A program made the position numbers and the translations under genes. Shown piece after piece: positions 10,111-18,716 of a DNA stretch of 64,000 nucleotides. The stretch's first letter is position 1. Each line of letters opens with the position of its first letter. Location: NCBI RefSeq assembly GCF_019104945.1, contig NZ_JAHRWW010000017.1, positions 8,033 through 72,032 on the forward strand, given 5' to 3'. Origin of the DNA: Thermomonas sp. (GTDB taxonomy: Bacteria > Pseudomonadota > Gammaproteobacteria > Xanthomonadales > Xanthomonadaceae). The notes beneath the pieces were generated by a model, which saw only the letters and a program-made list of their open reading frames with translations, searched no databases and was not told the origin of the DNA.

Positions 10111-10383
10111 GTGAGCAACTCGCCCGTTATTACGATCTATAGCACCGCCGTTTGCCCTTATTGCGTCATGGCCAAGAACTTTTTGAAGAGTAAGGGCTAT
10201 AGCTGGACGGAAGTGCGCGTGGACACCGATCCGGCAGAGCGCGAAAAGATGGTGGCACTCACCAAGCGCACCAGCGTCCCGCAAATTTTTATTGGCGACG
10301 TGCATGTGGGTGGGTATGACGACATGATGGCGCTGCAGCGTGACGGCAAATTGGAGCCGCTGCTGGAAGGCAAGGCCGCATGA
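10111..10383 (+). CDS. grxC: Glutaredoxin 3
   Basis: 90 aa, GTG start, active site CPYC, then TSVPQIFIGDVHVGGYDD. Confidence 0.9.
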   Translation: MSNSPVITIYSTAVCPYCVMAKNFLKSKGYSWTEVRVDTDPAEREKMVALTKRTSVPQIFIGDVHVGGYDDMMALQRDGKLEPLLEGKAA

Positions 10384-10766
10384 GCGACACCGAAGACCGC
10401 GTGCGGGAGTTCACCGAGTTCCGCCAGCGGATGAACAAACGCATCTTGGACGAGCCCAATCAGGTCGTGCGGCGCTTTTTTGCGCTGGATACGCAAACCT
10501 ACCAAGAAGGCGCGCTCAGCGTTAAAACCAAGGAATTATGCGGCCTGGTGGCGTCGCTGGTGCTGCGTTGCGATGATTGCATCAGCTACCACGTGGCCCA
10601 GTGCAAAGATGCTGGCGTGAACCGCGACGAGATGTTTGAAGCCTTTTCAATTGGTCTGGTGGTAGGCGGGTCGATTGTGATCCCGCACTTGCGTCGCGCG
10701 GTCGATTTCTTGGATCGCTTGGAGCAGGGCGCAACCGAAACGCCGCCTGTACACGATCACGGTTGA
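10380..10766 (+). CDS. Carboxymuconolactone decarboxylase / AhpD-core family protein
   Basis: 128 aa. CDDCISYH fits the AhpD-core CxxCxxxH motif. ATG overlaps the grxC stop (ATGA at 10380-10383). Confidence 0.8.
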   Translation: MSDTEDRVREFTEFRQRMNKRILDEPNQVVRRFFALDTQTYQEGALSVKTKELCGLVASLVLRCDDCISYHVAQCKDAGVNRDEMFEAFSIGLVVGGSIVIPHLRRAVDFLDRLEQGATETPPVHDHG

Positions 10767-10873
10767 GACTGGCTTCGCAGATGCAAAAGCGCTGCATCTG
10801 TCATAATCGCACGTTATAAACCCATTGCTGCCACGCCCCATCGCGTGGCAGCGCACTGTCTGGAAACTGGAAA

Positions 10874-11878
10874 ATGACGACTATTACTGTCATCCGTGGC
10901 GACGGAATCGGCCCGGAAATCATGGACGCCACCTTGCATGTGCTCGATGCAATGCAGCTTGGGCTTTCATACGAAGACGCAGACGCAGGTATGGTCGCGC
11001 TGGAAAAGCATGGTGAGCTGCTTCCAGAAGCCACACTGGCCTCCATCGCAAAGAACAAGATCGCACTGAAGTCGCCCCTCACCACCCCAGTGGGCGGTGG
11101 TTTTACTTCGATCAATGTGGCGCTGCGCAAGCATTTCGACCTCTACGCCAATGTGCGTCCGGCGACCTGCTTCCCCAATACCAAATCGCGTTTTAGCTCG
11201 GGCGTTGATCTGATCACCGTGCGCGAAAACACCCAAGGCGTGTATATCGGTGAAGGCCAAGAAGTCACCGCCGATGGTGAAACTGCAGTGCTCACCTCGC
11301 GCGTCACCCGCCACGGCTCCGAGCGCATCGTGCGCTACGCCTTCGATCTTGCGCGCAAGACCGGGCGCAAGAAAGTTACGGTGGTGCATAAAGCCAACAT
11401 CATGAAGTCCACCTCGGGCCTGTTCCTGAAAACGGCACGTGAAGTGGCGGCGCAGTACCCCGACATTCAGTGCAACGAAATGATCGTGGACAACACCTGC
11501 ATGCAGCTGGTGATGAAGCCGGAGCAGTTCGACATCATCGTTACCACCAACCTGTTTGGTGACATCATCTCCGACCTGTGCGCCGGGCTCGTGGGTGGCC
11601 TTGGCCTGGCCCCGGGTGCAAACATCGGCACCGACGTGGCGATTTTCGAAGCCGTGCATGGTTCTGCGCCGGATATCGCCGGTAAAGGCGTTGCCAACCC
11701 CTGCGCGCTGCTACTCGGTGCGGTGCAGATGCTCGATCATCTGGGCATGCCGGAACAGGCCGCCCGCCTGCGCAAGGCAATTATCGGCACCTTGGAGGCG
11801 AAAGACTCGCTCACCCCAGATCTCGGTGGTGAAGGCAGCACGATGAGCTTTGCCAAGGCGATTGCCAGCCGGATCTGA
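10874..11878 (+). CDS. Isocitrate/isopropylmalate dehydrogenase family enzyme, probably short homodimeric (NAD-type) isocitrate dehydrogenase
   Basis: 334 aa. N-terminus ITVIRGDGIGPEIMDA, then NLFGDIISDLCAGLVGGLGLAPGAN, typical of beta-decarboxylating dehydrogenases. Substrate assignment is inference. Confidence 0.75.
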   Translation: MTTITVIRGDGIGPEIMDATLHVLDAMQLGLSYEDADAGMVALEKHGELLPEATLASIAKNKIALKSPLTTPVGGGFTSINVALRKHFDLYANVRPATCFPNTKSRFSSGVDLITVRENTQGVYIGEGQEVTADGETAVLTSRVTRHGSERIVRYAFDLARKTGRKKVTVVHKANIMKSTSGLFLKTAREVAAQYPDIQCNEMIVDNTCMQLVMKPEQFDIIVTTNLFGDIISDLCAGLVGGLGLAPGANIGTDVAIFEAVHGSAPDIAGKGVANPCALLLGAVQMLDHLGMPEQAARLRKAIIGTLEAKDSLTPDLGGEGSTMSFAKAIASRI

Positions 11879-11900
11879 GCGCCGGTTGAATGAGTAAGAG

Positions 11901-11927
11901 AAAAGGACGCCGCAAGCGTCCTTTTTT
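11901..11927 (+). terminator. Rho-independent terminator after the IDH-like gene
   Basis: AGGACGC-cgcaa-GCGTCCT followed by TTTTTT. Confidence 0.75.
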
Positions 11928-12005
11928 CATGGGGATATGGCGAACCGACATTGTGCAGTGCGGCAGTGTACGGGATAATTCGCATCTCTTTATGCGGATA
12001 TAGCG

Positions 12006-13340
12006 ATGAAAGTTCGTCCCGATGCGTGGGCGCTGACGCCCCTGCTGCTTTTTTTGGCGCTGTTCTTTGGGGCGGGCCTGTACTACTCGGCACAAGGGCT
12101 GCCGATGGCGTTCTATCAACTGCGCGCGCCGGTGGCTATCCTGCCTGCGATCGCGTTAGGCCTGTGGCTGGCGCGTCGGCGCGGTTTGCCCGCACAAACA
12201 ACGCTCCTGAAAGGCATTGCTGATCCAGACATTATGCAGATGTGCCTGATTTTCCTGCTGGCGGGCGCGTTTGCCATGGTCACCAACAAAATTGGCGCTG
12301 TGGATGCGGTTGTCTCGCTGGGCATTGGCGGGTTGCCGCCGGTGCTGATCCTGCCCGGTATTTTTCTACTGGCCGGGTTCTTGGCGCTCTCGGTGGGGTC
12401 ATCGATGGGCACGATCGCGGCGGTTGCGCCGATTGCGCTGGGTGTGGCCGACGCGTCCGGGTTGTCGCGCGCGCTGGTGATGGGGGCGGTGATTGGCGGC
12501 GCGGCTTTTGGCGATAATCTCTCACTGATCTCCGATACCGCGATTGCGGCGGCACGCACCCAAGGCTGCACCGTGCGTGAAAAATTTCGCGAAAACGCAA
12601 AGATTGCGCTACCAGCGGCGCTGCTCACGCTGGTCGTGCTGGGGTTTGTAGGTGAAGCCTCGCCAGTACAGAGTGCAGACGATGCCTCGCCGTGGCTGCT
12701 TGTGCCGTATGTGCTGGTGCTGATCCTCGCACTAGTGGGGCTCGACGTGCTGGTTGTGCTTGGCGTTGGCCTGATGGTGGCGGCGCTCTTTGGTGCGGGC
12801 TTTGCGCAGCATGGCTATAGCGTGGCCGAGTTCTCAGGCGATATTTATGCAGGCTTCGAAAGCGTCTTTGAAATCACCTTGCTGGCACTTTTAATTGGTG
12901 GGCTGGGCGCGTTGATCAAATCGGCGGGCGGGTTGGCGTGGATCGCGCAGACGATTGCAAAAATTGCGCGCGGAAATGACGGTAGGCGTACCGGCGAATG
13001 GAGTATCGCCGCACTGGCAACGGTGACCGATGTGTTTACCGCCAATAATACGGTGGCGATTTTGATCAGCGGAGGGCTGGCACAGGACATCGCGGAGCGG
13101 CATGGCGTGCCGCCTGCGCGGGCGGCCAGTGTGCTGGATATCTTCGTTTGCGCGGTGCAAAGCCTACTGCCTTACGGCGCGCAGATTCTACTTGCGGCTT
13201 CGCTTGCCTCGCTATCTCCGCTGGAGCTGGTAGGCAAGGCGCACTATTGCTGGGCATTACTGGTAATGACCGTTGTAGTAATGCTGTGGCCTGCTAAAAA
13301 ACAGGTGAGAGATGCTGCTGCACTGCCAGCGCAGGCATAA
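12006..13340 (+). CDS. NhaC-family Na+/H+ antiporter-type membrane transporter
   Basis: 444-aa polytopic membrane protein. The GAAFGDNLSLISDTAIAAA motif resembles the NhaC C-terminal family signature. Confidence 0.7.
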   Translation: MKVRPDAWALTPLLLFLALFFGAGLYYSAQGLPMAFYQLRAPVAILPAIALGLWLARRRGLPAQTTLLKGIADPDIMQMCLIFLLAGAFAMVTNKIGAVDAVVSLGIGGLPPVLILPGIFLLAGFLALSVGSSMGTIAAVAPIALGVADASGLSRALVMGAVIGGAAFGDNLSLISDTAIAAARTQGCTVREKFRENAKIALPAALLTLVVLGFVGEASPVQSADDASPWLLVPYVLVLILALVGLDVLVVLGVGLMVAALFGAGFAQHGYSVAEFSGDIYAGFESVFEITLLALLIGGLGALIKSAGGLAWIAQTIAKIARGNDGRRTGEWSIAALATVTDVFTANNTVAILISGGLAQDIAERHGVPPARAASVLDIFVCAVQSLLPYGAQILLAASLASLSPLELVGKAHYCWALLVMTVVVMLWPAKKQVRDAAALPAQA

Positions 13341-13351
13341 GGGTCGTGGCA

Positions 13352-13382
13352 TAAAAAAGGCGCCTACGTGGCGCCTTTTTTA
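13352..13382. terminator. Bidirectional terminator between convergent genes
   Basis: AAAAAAGGCGCC-tacgt-GGCGCCTTTTTT. Confidence 0.75.
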
Positions 13383-13399
13383 ATAACGATGTAGCGGGA

Positions 13400-14167
13400 T
13401 CAGTTGCGTGACTGCAGTTTAGACAGCAGACGCAAAATTTCTAGGTACAGCCACACCAGTGTTACCAGCAGGCCGAACGCGGCATACCACTCCATATACT
13501 TCGGTGCGCCCTGTTCTACGCCCTGTTCAATGAAGTCGAAATCCAGCACCAGATTCAGTGCCGCAATCACAACAACAAAACCCGAGAACGCGATACCGAT
13601 CAAGCTGCTGTCGTGGATGAAACTCATCCCCTTAAAGCCGAAAAAGCCCAGCCCGATTTGCACCAAATACAGCAGCGCAATGCCGCCAGTGGCCGCTACA
13701 ACGCCTAGTTTGAAGTTCTCGGTGGCTTTCACCAACCCGCTGCGGTAGGCCATGAGCAGGGCGGCCAGAGTGCCGAAGGTGAGCCCTACCGCCTGCATCA
13801 CAATGCCGGGGTACTTCACTTCAAACATGGCCGATGTGGCACCCAAGAACAGACCTTCCAGCGCTGCATAAAGCGGTGCCGTGACGGGGGACCAAGTTTT
13901 TTTGAAGATCGTGACCAGCGCCACGATAAAGCCGCCAATTGCGCCGCCCCAAACATAAGGCATGATCGCGCCGGGGTTACCTGCAGCCATTGCGGTGGAA
14001 AATTGGGTCCAGCTGAACATCGCACCGATAAGCGTCAAGACCAGCAAAAATGCGGTTTTATTGACGGTGCCGTTCAAGCTCATTGCATCGGCACTGTTTC
14101 TAACAATGCTGCCGCTGCCAAGGTCAAGAAATGTATTTTCGGAAAGGGCGGGGTTGCCGCTACGCAT
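13400..14167 (-). CDS. Bax-inhibitor-1-like (BaxI_1/YccA-related) integral membrane protein
   Basis: Listed ORF is 13400..14302, which overlaps tRNA-Leu. Start moved to ATG 14167 (MRSGNPALSE, with AGGA 8 nt upstream); ATG 14176 is an alternative. About seven hydrophobic segments. Confidence 0.75.
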   Translation of the reverse strand: MRSGNPALSENTFLDLGSGSIVRNSADAMSLNGTVNKTAFLLVLTLIGAMFSWTQFSTAMAAGNPGAIMPYVWGGAIGGFIVALVTIFKKTWSPVTAPLYAALEGLFLGATSAMFEVKYPGIVMQAVGLTFGTLAALLMAYRSGLVKATENFKLGVVAATGGIALLYLVQIGLGFFGFKGMSFIHDSSLIGIAFSGFVVVIAALNLVLDFDFIEQGVEQGAPKYMEWYAAFGLLVTLVWLYLEILRLLSKLQSRN

Positions 14168-14260
14168 GAGATCCATCCTGTGCCAATACCGGCGGATGCC
14201 GGGAACCCGTGGAGCATAGCCTGCATGCGTGCAGCTTGCCACTAATGAGTTACGACAAGA

Positions 14261-14345
<85 letters not shown>

Positions 14346-14379
14346 AGGTCTTTCTAAAAAACCAGATTGTTCTAACAAC

Positions 14380-14404
14380 AACGCCCGGCATGTGGCCGGG
14401 CGTT
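14380..14404 (-). other. GC-rich 10-bp hairpin in the tRNA-Lys/tRNA-Leu spacer
   Basis: AACGCCCGGC-5 nt-GCCGGGCGTT. On the transcribed strand it is followed by GTTGTTAG, not a clean U-run. Possible attenuating terminator or processing site. Confidence 0.45.
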
Positions 14405-14411
14405 GCAAATT

Positions 14412-14487
<76 letters not shown>

Positions 14488-14499
14488 GTGAGAAGCGGA

Positions 14500-14528
14500 A
14501 TTGTAAACATCGATTTGATTGCATGCAA
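14500..14528 (-). promoter_or_regulatory. Candidate internal sigma70 promoter in front of tRNA-Lys
   Basis: Minus strand reads TTGCAT-17 bp-TACAAT, ending 12 nt upstream of the tRNA-Lys 5' end, inside an AT-rich 69-bp spacer. Confidence 0.45.
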
Positions 14529-14556
14529 GCAATTTTGCAATCAAATTTTTGAAGAG

Positions 14557-14634
14557 TGGGGTGGCTGAAGGGACTCGAACCCTCGACAACTGGAATCACA
14601 ATCCAGGACTCTAACCAACTGAGCTACAGCCACC
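14557..14634 (-). tRNA. tRNA-His (anticodon GUG)
   Basis: Cloverleaf with the extra 5' G(-1): GGTGGCTGTAGCTCAG. Anticodon arm CTGGA-TTGTGAT-TCCAG; encoded CCA. Confidence 0.9.
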
Positions 14635-14654
14635 ACATAAAACAAACTTTCATT

Positions 14655-14731
14655 TGGCGCGCCCGGCAGGAATCGAACCTGCAACCCCCGACTTAGAAGG
14701 TCGGTGCTCTATCCGGTTGAGCTACGGGCGC
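14655..14731 (-). tRNA. tRNA-Arg (anticodon UCU)
   Basis: 77-nt cloverleaf GCGCCCGTAGCTCAACCGGATAGAGC; anticodon arm CCGAC-CTTCTAA-GTCGG; encoded CCA. Confidence 0.9.
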
Positions 14732-14764
14732 CCGTTCCGAAAAGTGCATCGGGCAACGCCGGAA

Positions 14765-14841
14765 TGGTCGGGGTAGAGGGATTCGAACCCCCGACATCCT
14801 GCTCCCAAAGCAGGCGCGCTACCAGACTGCGCTATACCCCG
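14765..14841 (-). tRNA. tRNA-Pro (anticodon UGG)
   Basis: 77-nt cloverleaf CGGGGTATAGCGCAGTCTGGTAGCGC; anticodon arm CCTGC-TTTGGGA-GCAGG; encoded CCA. Confidence 0.9.
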
Positions 14842-14884
14842 CCAGATGGAACCCAAACATTCCAGCCGTCGCCGCATTGTTGCG

Positions 14885-14914
14885 ATTACTGTCCTTCGAG
14901 GCACGCCAGTGCAA
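14885..14914 (-). promoter_or_regulatory. Possible promoter of the tRNA cluster
   Basis: Minus strand reads TTGCAC-18 bp-AGTAAT followed by a GC-rich discriminator, about 44 nt upstream of tRNA-Pro. The spacing is slightly long. Confidence 0.3.
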
Positions 14915-15166
14915 CGAAAGGCCGACTATTGTCATGTGCTAAATTCATTCTGTCAACGTGTTTTGCAGTGATTGATCGCCCGATGTCATTGGATAGATGA
15001 CGCGGCGGCTGAAATCAGCGAAACTAGCAAGTTCGGCGCGAAGTCAATTCGTGCTCGGGGCAACCCGAAACACTCGTAAGCGAGTGTCGCCACCAAATTT
15101 TGTCTTCAAACAGTTTTTCTTCTAAACAAGTATGGGTTCGCACGAGCCCGCAGGAGTCATCGCATC

Positions 15167-16459
15167 ATGCAAGTCTCGGTCGAATCCACCGGCAACCTCG
15201 AACGTCGCGTTATCCTCAGCCTGCCTGCGGGCGACGTTGAATCGCAAATTGGCAGCCGCCTGCGCGAGATCGCGCAGAACGTGCGCATCAAGGGCTTCCG
15301 CCCTGGCAAGGTGCCGGCAAAAGTTGTTGAACAGCGTTACGGCGCGCAGGTGCGCGGCGAAATCGTAGACGGTCTTCTGCGCCAAGGGCTGGATCAGGCC
15401 GTGCGTGAAAACGAGCTGCGCATTGCGGGCCTGCCGCAAGTCACGCCGGGTGAAGATGCTGCCGAAGGTGAGCTGAAGTATGTGGCCGCCGTTGAGCTGG
15501 TGCCGGATTTCGGTGATCTTGATATGAGCAAGCTGGAAGTGGTGCGTCACACCGCCGAAGTGGCCGATGCCGATATCGAGCGCATGCTGGAAAACCTGCG
15601 CCAACAGCGCGCACGCTGGAATAAAGTTGAGCGCGCCGCGAAAGAAGGTGACCTCGTCAACGTGGAAACCAGCAGCGTGATCGACGGCACCCGTATGCCG
15701 GCCGAAGGCGTGGAAAAAACCGGCACCGTGCTGGGTTCGGCTTCGCTGTATCCGGAAGTGGAAGCCGCGATTGCAGGCATGCAGCCGGGCGAAGAAAAGA
15801 CCATTGACGTGACCCTGCCTGCCGATTGGCACGTTGCGCAGTTCGCCGGTAAAACCGTTACCTCCACTTTCAAGTTGGTGGACGTGTCCGAGCAGGTTCT
15901 GCCGGAAGTCGATGCCGCGTTTATCCGCAGCTTCGGCATCAAGAGTGGTGAGCTGGAACAGTTCAAGAGCGAAATTCGCAGCAACCTCGAACGCGAACTG
16001 AAGGGCGCGCTGATGAACCGTCTGCGTCGCGAAGTGGGCGAGCAGCTGACCAATGCCTATAAGGACGTCGAGCTGCCGCCGCGTTTGGTGGAAAACGAAG
16101 CGCGCGGCCTGCACGCCAGCGCCACTGAAGACGCACGTCGCCGTGGCCAGCAGCTCACTGCTGAGCCGGAAGCCTTCCAGGAAGCCGCACGTAAGCGCGT
16201 GCTGATGGGCTTGCTGGTGGGTGAAGTGGCGCGCCGCAACGAGTTGCGTTTGGAGCAAGAGCGTCTGATGGAAACCATGCGTTTGATCGCCTCCACCTAC
16301 GAACAACCTGAACAGGTCCTTGCGTTGTACCGTAATGACCCCCAATTACTGCAAGGGCTACAAAACCGCGTGATGGAAGAGCAGGTGATCGACTGGATCG
16401 CCGAGCGCGCCCAACACACGGAAAAAACGCTTACCTTCCAAGAAGCGATTGGCCAGTAA
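15167..16459 (+). CDS. tig: Trigger factor
   Basis: 430 aa. [16 protein letters not shown]-terminus, GFRPGKVP ribosome-binding signature, position upstream of clpP-clpX-lon. Confidence 0.95.
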   Translation: MQVSVESTGNLERRVILSLPAGDVESQIGSRLREIAQNVRIKGFRPGKVPAKVVEQRYGAQVRGEIVDGLLRQGLDQAVRENELRIAGLPQVTPGEDAAEGELKYVAAVELVPDFGDLDMSKLEVVRHTAEVADADIERMLENLRQQRARWNKVERAAKEGDLVNVETSSVIDGTRMPAEGVEKTGTVLGSASLYPEVEAAIAGMQPGEEKTIDVTLPADWHVAQFAGKTVTSTFKLVDVSEQVLPEVDAAFIRSFGIKSGELEQFKSEIRSNLERELKGALMNRLRREVGEQLTNAYKDVELPPRLVENEARGLHASATEDARRRGQQLTAEPEAFQEAARKRVLMGLLVGEVARRNELRLEQERLMETMRLIASTYEQPEQVLALYRNDPQLLQGLQNRVMEEQVIDWIAERAQHTEKTLTFQEAIGQ

Positions 16460-16491
16460 CCGTTCTTAATCAACAGGCAAAGCGAGACAGC

Positions 16492-17115
16492 ATGAACCCG
16501 ATCACGAATCTCAATCTGGTCCCGATGGTGGTTGAACAAACCAGCCGTGGCGAACGCGCATACGACATCTATTCGCGCTTGCTGAAGGAGCGGGTGATTT
16601 TCTTGGTCGGCGGGATCGACGACCATGTGGCCAACGTGGTCGTCGCCCAGATGCTGTTCTTGGAAGCGGAAAACCCGGAAAAAGACATCAGTCTGTACAT
16701 CAACTCCCCCGGTGGCGTGGTCACCGCGGGGATGGCGATTTACGACACCATGCAGTACATCAAGCCGGATGTGAGCACCATTTGTGTGGGTCAGGCCTGC
16801 TCGATGGGCGCGGTGCTGCTGGCGGCGGGCGCGGCGGGTAAGCGTTATGCGCTACCGAACTCGCGGGTGATGATCCACCAGCCGCTAGGCGGCGCGCAGG
16901 GGCAGGCCACCGATATCGACATTCAGGCGCGCGAGATTCTGTCGATGCGCGAACGCCTGAACGAAATTTTGGCCCGTCACACCGGTCAGCCGATTGAAAC
17001 CATTGCCCGCGACACCGAGCGCGATAACTTCAAATCGGCTGAAGCGGCGCGTGAATACGGGCTGGTCGATGAGGTGTTGACCCGTCGCCCAGACGAGTCG
17101 ATCCAGGCGACCTAA
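16492..17115 (+). CDS. clpP: ATP-dependent Clp protease proteolytic subunit
   Basis: 207 aa. [17 protein letters not shown], catalytic-Ser region GQACSMGA, and IHQPLGG. Confidence 0.95.
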   Translation: MNPITNLNLVPMVVEQTSRGERAYDIYSRLLKERVIFLVGGIDDHVANVVVAQMLFLEAENPEKDISLYINSPGGVVTAGMAIYDTMQYIKPDVSTICVGQACSMGAVLLAAGAAGKRYALPNSRVMIHQPLGGAQGQATDIDIQAREILSMRERLNEILARHTGQPIETIARDTERDNFKSAEAAREYGLVDEVLTRRPDESIQAT

Positions 17116-17244
17116 GCCTTGGCTCACAAATTTCGGTCGATGGCCGATAAAACGTAAGACATAGACACATCGCCCCGGCTTGGCCTGCCGGAAGCGTATG
17201 GTATTCTCGGGCTAAAGCCGCGTCCTGCGGCGAGTGAGTGGCAA

Positions 17245-18534
17245 ATGAGCGAAGACCGTCAGGGACGCAACACCGGCGACAACACCAAGATCTTGTACTG
17301 CTCTTTCTGTGGAAAGAGCCAGCACGAGGTGCGTAAGCTAATCGCAGGTCCCAGCGTATTTATTTGTGATGAATGCGTTGAGCTGTGCAACGACATCATC
17401 CGCGAAGAGCTGGAAGAAAAAGCGCAGTCCACACGCAGTTCGCTGCCGAAGCCGCGTGAAATTCTCGAAGTGCTCGACCAATACGTAATTGGTCAGCAGC
17501 GTGCCAAAAAGACCTTGGCCGTGGCGGTATATAACCACTACAAGCGCATTGAGAGCCGCCAAAAGTCCGACGAAATCGAGCTGGCGAAATCCAATATCCT
17601 GCTGGTGGGCCCCACCGGTTCGGGTAAGACGCTGCTGGCGGAAACGCTGGCGCGGATGCTCAATGTGCCGTTCACCATGGCCGATGCCACCACCCTCACC
17701 GAAGCTGGCTATGTCGGTGAAGACGTGGAAAACATCATCCAGAAGCTGCTGCAAAAATGTGACTACGACGTCGAAAAAGCGCAGCAGGGCATTGTTTATA
17801 TCGACGAAATCGACAAGATTTCGCGCAAGAGTGAGAACCCGTCAATTACCCGCGATGTCTCCGGTGAAGGTGTGCAGCAGGCGCTGCTCAAGCTCATCGA
17901 AGGCACCTTGGCCAGCGTGCCGCCGCAGGGCGGGCGCAAACACCCGCAGCAAGAATTTCTGCAGGTCGATACCAAGAACATTCTGTTCATCGTCGGTGGC
18001 GCGTTTGCCGGTCTCGACAAGGTGATCCAGCAGCGTTCTACCGAATCTGGTGGAATTGGTTTCGGCGCCAAGGTCAAGGGCAGCGAGCGCAAGGCCGATG
18101 TTGGCCAAGTGCTGGCCCGCGTGGAGCCAGAAGACCTCATCAAATATGGCCTAATCCCCGAATTTGTCGGGCGCCTGCCGGTGGTTGCAACATTAGAAGA
18201 GCTCGACGAAGCGGCACTGATCAAAATTTTGACCGAGCCGAAGAACGCCATCACCAAGCAGTTCAAGAAGCTGTTTGATATGGAAGGTGTCGAGCTGGAG
18301 ATTCGCCAAGACGCACTGGCGGCGATCGCTAAAAAGGCAATTAAGCGCAAGACCGGCGCGCGTGGCCTACGCACGATCGTTGAATCGGTACTGCTCGATA
18401 CCATGTTCGAGCTACCGTCGATGGAGAACGTCAGCAAGGTGGTGGTGGATGAATCGGTGATCGAACACAAGTCCGAGCCGTATTTGATCTACCAGAGCGC
18501 TCCGGCACCGGTTAAGGCAGCCTCTGGCGAATAA
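17245..18534 (+). CDS. clpX: ATP-dependent Clp protease ATP-binding subunit ClpX
   Basis: 429 aa. Zinc finger [15 protein letters not shown], Walker [21 protein letters not shown]. Confidence 0.95.
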   Translation: MSEDRQGRNTGDNTKILYCSFCGKSQHEVRKLIAGPSVFICDECVELCNDIIREELEEKAQSTRSSLPKPREILEVLDQYVIGQQRAKKTLAVAVYNHYKRIESRQKSDEIELAKSNILLVGPTGSGKTLLAETLARMLNVPFTMADATTLTEAGYVGEDVENIIQKLLQKCDYDVEKAQQGIVYIDEIDKISRKSENPSITRDVSGEGVQQALLKLIEGTLASVPPQGGRKHPQQEFLQVDTKNILFIVGGAFAGLDKVIQQRSTESGGIGFGAKVKGSERKADVGQVLARVEPEDLIKYGLIPEFVGRLPVVATLEELDEAALIKILTEPKNAITKQFKKLFDMEGVELEIRQDALAAIAKKAIKRKTGARGLRTIVESVLLDTMFELPSMENVSKVVVDESVIEHKSEPYLIYQSAPAPVKAASGE

Positions 18535-18556
18535 ACGTCGCTGCTGCTTAGCACTG

Positions 18557-18582
18557 AAAGGCCGCCTCCGGGCGGCTTTTTC
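18557..18582 (+). terminator. Rho-independent terminator after clpX
   Basis: GCCGCC-tccg-GGCGGC followed by TTTTT. Confidence 0.7.
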
Positions 18583-18640
18583 ATAGATAAATGCAAAGCA
18601 TTGATTCAAAAGAAAATAATGAAAGGGTTGTGGAATAGTG

Positions 18641-18670
18641 CTTGCAAGCAGGCGTGCGCAGCCCCATAAA
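18641..18670 (+). promoter_or_regulatory. Sigma32 (heat-shock)-type promoter for lon
   Basis: CTTGCAA-14 bp-CCCCATAAA, against the consensus CTTGAAA-13 to 15 bp-CCCCATNT. Ends about 47 bp upstream of the lon ATG. Confidence 0.6.
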
Positions 18671-18716
18671 CACACTAGAGCAGGGTGTTCCTGCAGTTTT
18701 TTTCCGGAGTCCCCAC

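Noticed and set aside
15122-16345. 407-aa ORF antisense to tig.
   Set aside because: It lies entirely within trigger factor on the opposite strand. The sequence is low-complexity and rich in His, Gln, Arg and Ala, with no recognisable motifs. This is a typical GC-rich antisense open frame.
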